In this document: one piece after another, positions 54,723-63,433 of the stretch
Layout of the letters: each line of letters starts with the position of its first letter
How positions within the stretch are numbered: the stretch's first letter is position 1
Origin: Bacteroidales bacterium
GTDB lineage: Bacteria > Bacteroidota > Bacteroidia > Bacteroidales > UBA3663
DNA length: 64,000 bases
Direction of reading: 5' to 3'
NCBI GenBank assembly: GCA_017519885.1
Contig: JAFWRO010000018.1
Location: 3,325 to 67,324, forward strand
Notes under the pieces: model-generated
Databases searched by the model: none
What the model saw: only the letters and a program-made list of their open reading frames with translations
Told to the model about the DNA's origin: nothing
Position numbers and translations under genes: made by a program

Positions 54723-55876
54723 ATTTTCCAAAGATTAAAGATTCTCCAAAAGAAGTGATAGAGGCGGAACAGTGGTTCCCAAAATCCCTCGCTGGGATAA
54801 TAGCAGGCAAAGACAAAATTGCGCCTAGTTTTTCGCCAATAACGACGCATCGAAGCCTGGCGGCTCAGTTTTTCCTTGTCGTAGCGTGTGTCGAAATGCC
54901 CGAAGTTGCCGGCCTGCATGATTTCGCTGAGCAACGACAAACCTTCCTTGCGACGTGGGGCGCAGTAGAGTTCATCCTCCTTCATACCAAAAACTTCGCG
55001 CATCACATACATCACGGCACCAGCCAATGGCTCGAGCTTCAGGGTCTTGATCATTGCCAGGAGGTCATCATATCTAGATATTCTAGAGTCTCTAGATTCT
55101 CTAGAAGTTCTAGGATCTCTAGACGAAGTCTCCTTATTCAGCGCGTCCAGGACGAAATAATAGTCCATCATCTGCCTCAACCCGATTCCTTCCTCAAAGA
55201 TGTGCTTATAGATGTGGAGAAGCTGATAGAGTGCATTAAACTGGAGAGTTGGCACAGCTACCAGCTTGTCTCCCATCTTGACCTTATGCTGCATCTGCTC
55301 TTCGCGCTGCTTCTCGTACCATGCATTGAGCTTTCGATTGAGGAATGGATTGTTCAGATAGACAGGCGAAAAGTGGATCTCCACCTCTGCATCGTCGAAT
55401 AAGGGATATTCGATGTGATGGAAGCGCAGGAAAGCATTCGGGAAACGCTTTCTGACATACTCCACCACGCGGCGCTTGGGTTGGTGGGTGGGATTGTCGT
55501 GGGGCAAGGTCCAGATGTCGATATCTCCCACCTGACGTTGCGAAGATAATTCGCCATAGAGCAATGCGTTGCCCTGTCCCTTGAGCAGGCATGCATCAAA
55601 GCCCTCCTGGGCCAAGTGCTCATGGATCTGCGCACTTCGTTCCGAGAGCAATTTGTTGCGCTCGGCAATACGTTGCGATTCCCAAATCCAGTCGATCAGA
55701 TTCTGTTCATCAGGCCACTGGTCTTTGGGCAGTCGCTTTACAGCTGCATAGCATATCCCTTGCAGCGATTGCTGCTCCGACAGCTGATGCAGATGCTGCC
55801 ACTCCGATGCACTCGGCGTCATCGACAGTCGCTCGCGACGCCCCAAAGCGACCTGAAGAAGTTCGAAAATCAGCAT
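54719..55876 (-). CDS. uncharacterised nucleotidyltransferase-family protein (NTP_transf_5-like) with an in-frame repeat insertion
   Basis: The N-terminus LLQVALGRRE...EW..L...S..Q.L.G and the GDIDIW motif are typical of this capsule-locus family as I recall it. SSRDPRTSRESRDSRISR is encoded by the TCTAGA array. Confidence 0.55.
   Translation of the reverse strand: MLIFELLQVALGRRERLSMTPSASEWQHLHQLSEQQSLQGICYAAVKRLPKDQWPDEQNLIDWIWESQRIAERNKLLSERSAQIHEHLAQEGFDACLLKGQGNALLYGELSSQRQVGDIDIWTLPHDNPTHQPKRRVVEYVRKRFPNAFLRFHHIEYPLFDDAEVEIHFSPVYLNNPFLNRKLNAWYEKQREEQMQHKVKMGDKLVAVPTLQFNALYQLLHIYKHIFEEGIGLRQMMDYYFVLDALNKETSSRDPRTSRESRDSRISRYDDLLAMIKTLKLEPLAGAVMYVMREVFGMKEDELYCAPRRKEGLSLLSEIMQAGNFGHFDTRYDKEKLSRQASMRRYWRKTRRNFVFACYYPSEGFWEPLFRLYHFFWRIFNLWKI
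55071..55125. repeat. phased-repeat array of TCTAGA-type units inside a CDS
   Basis: TATCTAGA TATTCTAGA GTCTCTAGA TTCTCTAGAA GTTCTAGGA TCTCTAGAC is read in the TCT-AGA frame on the minus strand, so no TAG or TAA codon arises. Confidence 0.85.
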
Positions 55877-55880
55877 TTGG

Positions 55881-56705
55881 TTATATACTTAAAGGAATAT
55901 GGAGTCTTCGCAGAATGGCATTGATGAACTGGGGGACCTTCCAGCTCATCTTCATCAGCTTGATGAGATTGGGATGACTGAAGCCATAGTCGCCATAGAT
56001 CTTGACATCCTCCAGGAACATACGTCTGCGGTGTTTCGGATTGGTGCTCAAACCACCCATACGCATACGGATGACATTCTGGGGCAGGTAGCAGATGCGA
56101 AGAGGATATTCGTGCAGATAATAAATCAGAAATTTCGTATCAGCTGCCATGCGATACTGCTCGTCATAGAGAACTTCGGGATTCAAGGCGGCTCGACGGA
56201 TATAGACGGTGGGATGCAGAGGCAACCAGCCGAAGCGAACCTTCCATCGGCGGAACTTGCCGCTCACCCAAAGGCGCATCACTTTCTTGGGATCCTTCTC
56301 ATCGACAAATTCCCCATCGCCATAAACCAGATCTGCAGCAGTCAGGTCGAAGCATTTCACATATTCCGAGACAATCTGCTGGCTTATCAAAGTGTCGTCG
56401 CTATGCACAAGTCCTATCACGTCTCCTGTAGCACGGCGCATACCCTTGTTCAAGGCTTCGTACATTCCATGGTCAGGCTCACTAATGAAACGTGTCTCGC
56501 GGGCATGTCGTCGGATGAGTTCGGTCTTTCCTTCTGTAGCTTCATGCTGCAGCAATTCCCGAATATATTCCACCGAACCATCAGTCGATGCACCATCCAC
56601 AATCAGGTACTCGATGTCAGGATAGTCCTGCTCGAGCACGCTATGAATGGCTCCGTCAATTGTACCCTTTCGGTTATAGCAGGCTGTGATGATGGTTACT
56701 TTCAT
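55881..56705 (-). CDS. family 2 glycosyltransferase
   Basis: VTIITACYN......AI.SVLEQDYPDIEYLIVDGASTDGS. Confidence 0.85.
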   Translation of the reverse strand: MKVTIITACYNRKGTIDGAIHSVLEQDYPDIEYLIVDGASTDGSVEYIRELLQHEATEGKTELIRRHARETRFISEPDHGMYEALNKGMRRATGDVIGLVHSDDTLISQQIVSEYVKCFDLTAADLVYGDGEFVDEKDPKKVMRLWVSGKFRRWKVRFGWLPLHPTVYIRRAALNPEVLYDEQYRMAADTKFLIYYLHEYPLRICYLPQNVIRMRMGGLSTNPKHRRRMFLEDVKIYGDYGFSHPNLIKLMKMSWKVPQFINAILRRLHIPLSI

Positions 56706-56731
56706 AAAGAAAAAATCCCAACAAAATTGAT

Positions 56732-57580
56732 TTACTTATCAATATATGTATCTCCCCATATTTTCTTGACAAGCCAATCGGGGAGAAGATTGATAAAAAT
56801 GATGTTTGCGTTATAGGCGATCGCATGAAGTATACCGAAGTGCTTGCGACGAAAATAGAAATTCTTATCGAGTGGCGAGCCCAATGGTTTCCTTAAAGCC
56901 TTGAATCGTTCCGATAATGTAGTTCCCCATTTACGGATTCGGCACACATCATTCCGATAGCCTGCAGCAATAGGGCGACGTGTCGAAACAACTGCCATAC
57001 CATGTTCTTGGGCTCGCATTCCATAATCCACATCGCCAAGATCGTGGATAAAATAAGGATCGAGAAGGCCAATCTTTTCCACTACTATTTTGGGCACAAG
57101 CACCACATTCCCATTCATCCATCTGATGTTCTGTGATTGTCCTGTAGCCTGCACCAATTGTTTAGAAGCATCATATCCTCCATAGATAATCCTCGTCTTG
57201 TCAAAATCCTCAATCAATCCCGAAACGATGCAATCTCCATTTGGACAACAGGCTTTCAATTCAGTATAGAAATCGGGATAAAGCACTACATCATCATTCA
57301 GCCAAAGATACTCATCATAGTCTACTTTGACAGCTTCTTTCCATGCTGCAAGCATCCCTCGATTCCAATAAAGTGAGCCATCTCCTCGAACGATATGAAC
57401 CTTTGGGAATGTCATCTTCACCGTCTCTGCTGTTCCATCTGTACAACCATCATCCGTAAGATAAATTTCCACATTAGGAAGAATATCATAGAGAGACTTT
57501 AGACAAGCAAGCGTCTTTGTATTTCGATTATGACAAGTAAGCAGAGCTGCAGTTTTCATTTGTTTGACTTCAAAAGTCAT
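56732..57580 (-). CDS. family 2 glycosyltransferase (rhamnosyltransferase-like)
   Basis: AALLTCHNR......CL.SL.....VEIYLTDDGCTDGT. The start was chosen at the ATGA overlap (57577-57580). ATG 57559 and ATG 57592 are also possible. Confidence 0.7.
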   Translation of the reverse strand: MTFEVKQMKTAALLTCHNRNTKTLACLKSLYDILPNVEIYLTDDGCTDGTAETVKMTFPKVHIVRGDGSLYWNRGMLAAWKEAVKVDYDEYLWLNDDVVLYPDFYTELKACCPNGDCIVSGLIEDFDKTRIIYGGYDASKQLVQATGQSQNIRWMNGNVVLVPKIVVEKIGLLDPYFIHDLGDVDYGMRAQEHGMAVVSTRRPIAAGYRNDVCRIRKWGTTLSERFKALRKPLGSPLDKNFYFRRKHFGILHAIAYNANIIFINLLPDWLVKKIWGDTYIDK

Positions 57581-58575
57581 TTCCAATAGCATCCTCCCTC
57601 CACGACCTCGGAATCTTTGGGAGTATCGACATCAAGTGGGAAGCACCAATGTTCATTAAATAAACTTCGATAGTCCCAAGAAATAACAACTCCTGGACGA
57701 TATTCAAACGTCCCGACATGTTCCTCCGTCCACCGTTTCCCTTTTATACCGAATAGGAGCTGTAATCCTCCTGCTAAATGTACAGCTTGTTTTCCGAGAC
57801 GTTTCACATGGGCTGCTAATGGCATTCCATACGCACCACAACCTATCAAAGCAATATCGAAATCTATTTTTTCAATTTGGCGCTCCATAAATGCTAATGC
57901 CTCAAACCAATCTTTAAACTCCGTCTTATTCCCAGCAATTGTCTGGATAGCCTTTAAAGTAATAAGTTCAAATTCGGGAAGGATGTCCGGATTCTCGAAA
58001 AGCAATTCCCTCTTTGCATATTGCTGCTTGATGGTATTCTCGAATGGATGAATCACCAAAACCTTCTTCCCTTTCAATATCCTCGTCCATGGCCGTTCCA
58101 CGAAAAAAGGATAAAGCATCTCCAACTGTATCTTTGGGATTCCTGTTCGAAGAGGCATAAACTTCTCATAATATTGATGAGAAACCAACAAATCAATTTC
58201 TGGAATATCTTGTAGATATCGCTCTGAGAAACGCTCTGCCGTATCCTTTCCTTCAGGGAAAATTCCAGACCAAAGGTTCATAAAACGGAAATGGTCTTCA
58301 TTCCACCATGGCGTATGGGTATAATCGGTAATATAGCTAACACACTTCTTAAAAAAAGACTGACTTCTATGTACACAAAGATAATTGTTGACGCAATTAA
58401 TTTCAGTCGTTCCGAATCTCGAAATCATACATGGCTGTCCCGATGACAATAATTCATAAATCTTGTCATTAGAAGATTGGCGATTGCAGTCACATTCAGG
58501 ATTAAGGAAATGCTTTCGCGTTACCTTTCTATATCCATGCTTCAGCAAACGTATGAAAATATCCTTTAATCTCAT
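57577..58575 (-). CDS. putative GT-D fold (DUF1792-like) glycosyltransferase
   Basis: The ISRFGTTE segment is RFGDGE-like. The C-terminal segment is DIALIGCGAYGMPLAAHVKRLGKQAVHLAGGLQLLFGI. The assignment is from memory of the family pattern. Confidence 0.4.
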   Translation of the reverse strand: MRLKDIFIRLLKHGYRKVTRKHFLNPECDCNRQSSNDKIYELLSSGQPCMISRFGTTEINCVNNYLCVHRSQSFFKKCVSYITDYTHTPWWNEDHFRFMNLWSGIFPEGKDTAERFSERYLQDIPEIDLLVSHQYYEKFMPLRTGIPKIQLEMLYPFFVERPWTRILKGKKVLVIHPFENTIKQQYAKRELLFENPDILPEFELITLKAIQTIAGNKTEFKDWFEALAFMERQIEKIDFDIALIGCGAYGMPLAAHVKRLGKQAVHLAGGLQLLFGIKGKRWTEEHVGTFEYRPGVVISWDYRSLFNEHWCFPLDVDTPKDSEVVEGGCYWK

Positions 58576-58576
58576 G

Positions 58577-60199
58577 TCAATGCTTTAAGAAAGGAAGTCG
58601 CTTGACTATATTAATAGTGATAAGATATACAATGACTGTCTCCCAGAATCCCCTAAAAATAAAACGTGTCTCAAAAAGGTAGAAATGTCTATCGCTAAAT
58701 AAAGCCAAATAATCCATCATGCCTGCGAAGAAGAACAATGGAAGTATAATGCGTCCATTCTTAAATAGTATAATGGAATCCATCAGATAAAAGACAATAA
58801 GATAAAGAGGTATTAGAACGAGTGGAAACCAATAGCCAAATAACGCCAATCCCAACCCTTGCAATGAACCGATCTTGATACCACCAAGATAAGTCCTGCC
58901 ATCAACCGAAAGATAATACAACAGATCAGACAAAGAATATTGCCTTTCATCGAATGATATTCTCATTCCTATCTTGCGCTTGATAATGCCAGGTAACTGG
59001 TCAACAATCTTCTCGTAAAAACTCAGCCTCATCTTTTGCCGATCCATCTCATTCAATCTATTTGCATGGAAAATAGTCTCGTCAAGAATCTTCAAACTAC
59101 AGAAACGATTGAACAAATCACTGCTCAAATATCTTTCGTCCCATACCATAGATGAATACTCTTTCTTTATTAATTCAGATGATTCATCTTCCATTGCCCC
59201 CGTATTATTCATTGTCATTTCAATGATTTCAATCGCATTTTTTCCAGAACGATTGTCTCGAACGGAAACCATAGATTCTGATATAGATTGAAACGGACCT
59301 GCAAAAAACAAGAATAAAACACTAATTGGCACTAAATACTTAGCCTTGAAGAAAGCCTTCCTTTGTTCTGCATAGAAAAGGAAATAAAGAACCATCGAAA
59401 ACGCCGCATTTGCAAATACTGTAATGGCGGCCGTTCTCATATTGGTTCCGATACCAATAACAAATATTGCCAAAGCAAGGGTTATTATCAGTAAGTGATT
59501 AATCTTGTAAACATCTTTAATATTATTGAATTTACGAAAATAAAAAATGAATACACACTGATAATAACTCGAAAAGAATAGACTGATAGCCCATTCTGCA
59601 ACACCAAAACGTGAATTCACATTTAGACTCTCTTCTGTGTAGAGTCCTCGGGTTAACATTATGTAAGCATACCAAATAAAGGATCCTATGATTAAAAACC
59701 ATACTTCTTGGCTTGAAAGGCTTTTAAAAAATCCAAATCTATACAGATAATTCCTTACTATATTCTTGTTTTTCGCCCATTTCGTATAGACTGAATGGAT
59801 TATCAAGAGTATAACTTGGAGAAAAATCAAATAGAAGAAAGTATTATACGGATTACGCATATTATACGTAATCGGTTTCAACTCCATTAAGGTTGCAGGA
59901 AGAGGTAAAACGTCAAAGAATAGGCAAAAGAACAACAATGACGATGTAGAGACAGTATGATAAAGCAATTTGTGAGTATAACATAAGGTTTGCCTTGTCA
60001 TTAGAATTCCCAAATACGAAACAAGCAAACCGAATGCGACATCAAAGGCCGGGAAGAATATCAATTCAACAATAGACAAGACAAGATAACCCTTCAATAT
60101 CCAAAGGAAGCTTTGATTCAATCCTCTGAATATGCGAAGTCGCCATGAACGAACTTTCTTATCTGATTCTAATAAGTTTTTCTGAATATCTTGCTCCAT
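58577..60199 (-). CDS. polytopic membrane protein with a ~120 aa soluble loop (second Wzy-like polymerase candidate)
   Basis: It has more than 10 predicted TM segments and AT-rich codons, and its start overlaps the end of the upstream GT4 gene by 41 bp. Confidence 0.4.
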   Translation of the reverse strand: MEQDIQKNLLESDKKVRSWRLRIFRGLNQSFLWILKGYLVLSIVELIFFPAFDVAFGLLVSYLGILMTRQTLCYTHKLLYHTVSTSSLLFFCLFFDVLPLPATLMELKPITYNMRNPYNTFFYLIFLQVILLIIHSVYTKWAKNKNIVRNYLYRFGFFKSLSSQEVWFLIIGSFIWYAYIMLTRGLYTEESLNVNSRFGVAEWAISLFFSSYYQCVFIFYFRKFNNIKDVYKINHLLIITLALAIFVIGIGTNMRTAAITVFANAAFSMVLYFLFYAEQRKAFFKAKYLVPISVLFLFFAGPFQSISESMVSVRDNRSGKNAIEIIEMTMNNTGAMEDESSELIKKEYSSMVWDERYLSSDLFNRFCSLKILDETIFHANRLNEMDRQKMRLSFYEKIVDQLPGIIKRKIGMRISFDERQYSLSDLLYYLSVDGRTYLGGIKIGSLQGLGLALFGYWFPLVLIPLYLIVFYLMDSIILFKNGRIILPLFFFAGMMDYLALFSDRHFYLFETRFIFRGFWETVIVYLITINIVKRLPFLKH

Positions 60200-61253
60200 A
60201 GTTTTCCCACGAAAGTCGTTTCATACCTTCTCCAGCATAATTCCTTTTCCCTTGCTGCATCCGTGCTAGATTCAATCCTTTATCAACAGCATCAAGAAGA
60301 GCATCTACTGACAAATCCTCCATTTCAATAATCCATTTCTTATCTGCAAGTTGCTCTCTCAAGTCTACACCGCCTGTTTCTTTTGAACAAACAACGGGCA
60401 ATCCGCAAACAATTGCCTGAGCTTGAACTAAAGCTAAACCTTCTGCCCTCGAAGGCAACACGAAGACACGAGCCTTAGCATAATAATTGACTAGTTCTTT
60501 CTGATCTACAGGTTCTTGATGTGTCATATTTGACATCTTCGGGAAATCGAGATTCACTAAAGCTCCTACATGTAACAGTTTATAACCATATCTTTCACAT
60601 AATTCAGTCAACAAATCACAACCCTTCTCGTATCTCCATCCGCCCACATAAATCAAGTCAAACTCGTTACTGCAAGATGTAGGATGGAATTCTGACAAAT
60701 CCACGCCATAGGGATTCACGACAAGTTTACTTTCTGGAATACCATGTTTCAAAAAACTCTCTTTCACATGGGTCGCAGGAATAGAGATATAGTCACATAT
60801 ATTATATTGATGCAATTCCCTTTGAATCGTTTTAGCTGAATAATCAAAATTCTGCCCAAAATGTTTAATTTGCTCTTCTATATGTTTACTACCCCACTCT
60901 AGGATTGTCGTTGCTCCATTCTTTTTTGCCGTTTCAAAAGCCTTAATATAAACCGTTCCGATTCCCAAACACGCATCACATTTTCGCATCGTTCTACTCA
61001 CATACAAGTCTATCAATAGATTTCTATACCATACAATATTATCTTGCCAGCCTTTTGGAGTAATCTTAGCTATAACGAAGAATGGCCAAACGAGCCAAAG
61101 GAAGGAAACACATATTGATTTATCCAATCCGAACTCTGCACATCGTTTGGCCGGCACGTATGAATAGAACCGTACATCATGTCCCAGATTTGACAATTCT
61201 CTTGCCAAATCCAAAAGATGAAATCTATGAGATGCAAGAATATTGATAACCAT
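60159..61253 (-). CDS. family 4 (GT-B) glycosyltransferase
   Basis: The C-terminal motif VFVLPSRAEGLALVQAQAIVCGLPVV is the E-x7-E region of GT4 enzymes. Confidence 0.8.
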   Translation of the reverse strand: MVINILASHRFHLLDLARELSNLGHDVRFYSYVPAKRCAEFGLDKSICVSFLWLVWPFFVIAKITPKGWQDNIVWYRNLLIDLYVSRTMRKCDACLGIGTVYIKAFETAKKNGATTILEWGSKHIEEQIKHFGQNFDYSAKTIQRELHQYNICDYISIPATHVKESFLKHGIPESKLVVNPYGVDLSEFHPTSCSNEFDLIYVGGWRYEKGCDLLTELCERYGYKLLHVGALVNLDFPKMSNMTHQEPVDQKELVNYYAKARVFVLPSRAEGLALVQAQAIVCGLPVVCSKETGGVDLREQLADKKWIIEMEDLSVDALLDAVDKGLNLARMQQGKRNYAGEGMKRLSWENYGARYSEKLIRIR

Positions 61254-61292
61254 ATTTGGTCATCAGGACGACAAGTCTGTAATTATTCAATA

Positions 61293-62255
61293 TTAACTAT
61301 TTTCCATCGCCCATTTGCGATAGCGAATCCAAACGTGGAGCCAGACACGAGCTATGGAATCGATGGCATCAGACATCAACAGGGTGCAATATTCCTGGAA
61401 ACGCTTGGCTTCTCCAGTCTTTGAATAGTTTTTCCATGTCGTATCCTTGAAACCCTTGGGGAACATCTGATATGCCAACAGATAGGAATATTCGGTGATG
61501 GTGCTCATATAGGTCCAGGTGCTGGATCCTTCCTGTCCCCAGCTATAGTCAAACGGACGCTCCAGAAGCTTCTTCTCCACGGCTTCAATCATCGGTGAAA
61601 GCGTCTCCTTCATAAGAGGATAACCATCGGAATCGTAGAAGAAACGGGAGTTTCGCTTGTCAATCTCGTAGGAGGCATCGACATAATTCTCCCACTGCTT
61701 CTCCACATCGGCATGTATCTTACCCAACGAACGTGCATCACAATGAAGCGGCATATGCGCGTCGGCGATGTAGTGACTCATGATGAAGAAACGCATAGCC
61801 ATATGATTGGCCGATGGAGAAAGTGGGTTGCCTTTTTCCTCGCGTGTCAGAATCTTGAAGTTATCGACGATGGTATGAGCCATAGCCTCGCAACGGTCGC
61901 AGAGGTCACCTTTCACGATACCGAATTCCTTCTTATAAAGATCGGATTCTGCCTTCATCAGATTATAAACCTCCATGGTGTCAGGCAGAACCTTGAAGCG
62001 AAAGTCCGTTATGTCCGACTCGACGGGCTCATATTTGACGCCATGACTTTTGCCCATATCGCAAAAGACAGCATCGGGATACCATGCACCCTGCATAACG
62101 AAGTCGCGATAATTCATAAACCAGCGGACGAGGCTCTTGGCATATTCAGCGATAGGCACAGCCGATTCTCCACTTCCATAATACTCGGGAATATTTGCCT
62201 TATCGAGGCGCTTGACGGCCATAAAGGCCAACCATGCATGTGTGAACTTTTTCAT
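61293..62255 (-). CDS. cytoplasmic zinc-dependent phospholipase C / P1-nuclease superfamily-like protein
   Basis: There is no signal peptide. The N-terminal THAWLAFMA, WYPD and SHYIADAHMPLHCD segments parallel the Bacillus cereus PLC motif LHYLGDVNQPMHA. Confidence 0.55.
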   Translation of the reverse strand: MKKFTHAWLAFMAVKRLDKANIPEYYGSGESAVPIAEYAKSLVRWFMNYRDFVMQGAWYPDAVFCDMGKSHGVKYEPVESDITDFRFKVLPDTMEVYNLMKAESDLYKKEFGIVKGDLCDRCEAMAHTIVDNFKILTREEKGNPLSPSANHMAMRFFIMSHYIADAHMPLHCDARSLGKIHADVEKQWENYVDASYEIDKRNSRFFYDSDGYPLMKETLSPMIEAVEKKLLERPFDYSWGQEGSSTWTYMSTITEYSYLLAYQMFPKGFKDTTWKNYSKTGEAKRFQEYCTLLMSDAIDSIARVWLHVWIRYRKWAMENS

Positions 62256-62269
62256 AGTAGTAATAAATT

Positions 62270-62396
62270 GGGGATATTTGGGGATATTAAGGGATATTTG
62301 GGGATATTAAGGGACGATACCTATGCTTTGCCAACATGGGACTCAAAAACATTTGTCCTTTCAAATCCCTTAAAGTCCCTTAGAATCCCTTATAAT
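62270..62396. repeat. composite inverted-repeat element, second copy and opposite orientation to 9483-9663
   Basis: The left arm is (GGGATATTTGGGGATATTAA) x2. The core carries GGGACGATACCT (62311-62322) and AAACATTTGTCC (62347-62358). The right arm is TCAAATCCCTTAAAGTCCCTTAGAATCCCTTATAATC. Confidence 0.85.
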
Positions 62397-62405
62397 CATT
62401 CATTT

Positions 62406-63419
62406 TTATTCCTCTTTTTCCTCTTTTTCGTCGAAAATCTCCTTGCCGTTGTACAATTCCTGAACCTTCTTATAGGGGTTCCAGCTATGGAAGTCCATCC
62501 AGACATTGAGCCAGGCGCGAGCAATGGAGTCGATGGCATCCGACAAGATCATAACGCTGTATTCCTCGAAATGCTTCTTAAAGACATCGGTTTCCTTATA
62601 GTCCTTCCAACCCATATCTTCGAAGTCGGCAGGGACCATCTCGTAAGACATCAGATAGGAGCGTTGGGTCACAGCTCTCATATAGTCATACAGATTACTG
62701 TTTTTACTTCCCCATCCGGGGACAAACTCCCGGCTGAGTATTTCATCTTCTACCTTTCGAAGCAAACGAAAAACCCTGTCTGCCTTCTTCGGATAACCAT
62801 TACGGTCGTAGAAGAATCGCTGGTTGGGCAAATCCATCTTGTACGAACGACGAACAGCACATTCCCAAAAACTGCCGATGCAATTCTGGAGACGATGCAA
62901 CTGACGTGCATCGCAATGCATTGGCATATGGCCATCGGCAATGTAGTGCGCCATCATGAAGAAGCGCATTCCCAAATGATTGGCCGAGGGAGGAATGGGA
63001 TTGCCCTTTTCCTCACGGAACTGAATCTTAAAGTTGTCGTAGATGGTGTGATACATCGCATTGCAGCGGTCGCACAGGTTGCCCTGCACCAATGAGAAGG
63101 ACTTCTCCTTATAGAGTGTCGAGTTCTTTTTCACAAACTTATCCACTGCCATACCCTGAGGCAACGCCTTGAATGGCGAGGTTTCGCCGACCTTTTCGGT
63201 AGGGACATACTTGGCGACATGGCTCGTTTCCTGATCGTCGAACACGAGGTTGGGATACCACGCTCCTTGAATGACGAAATCGCGATAGCTCATAAACCAA
63301 TCGACGAGGCTCGAAGCTTCCTTGGCAAGTTCCGGGCCTTTTTTGCCTGTAAACAGCTCTGGCTTGCTCAGGCGCTTGATTGCCATAAAGGCCAACCAAG
63401 CCAATGTGTACTTTTTCAT
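62406..63419 (-). CDS. paralog of the PLC-like protein with two putative metal ligands substituted
   Basis: It aligns along the full length of 61293..62255 and retains AHYIADGHMPMHCD. It has TLAW in place of THAW, WYPN in place of WYPD, and an acidic C-terminal tail. Confidence 0.55.
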   Translation of the reverse strand: MKKYTLAWLAFMAIKRLSKPELFTGKKGPELAKEASSLVDWFMSYRDFVIQGAWYPNLVFDDQETSHVAKYVPTEKVGETSPFKALPQGMAVDKFVKKNSTLYKEKSFSLVQGNLCDRCNAMYHTIYDNFKIQFREEKGNPIPPSANHLGMRFFMMAHYIADGHMPMHCDARQLHRLQNCIGSFWECAVRRSYKMDLPNQRFFYDRNGYPKKADRVFRLLRKVEDEILSREFVPGWGSKNSNLYDYMRAVTQRSYLMSYEMVPADFEDMGWKDYKETDVFKKHFEEYSVMILSDAIDSIARAWLNVWMDFHSWNPYKKVQELYNGKEIFDEKEEKEE

Positions 63420-63433
63420 AATAGTATTACAAT

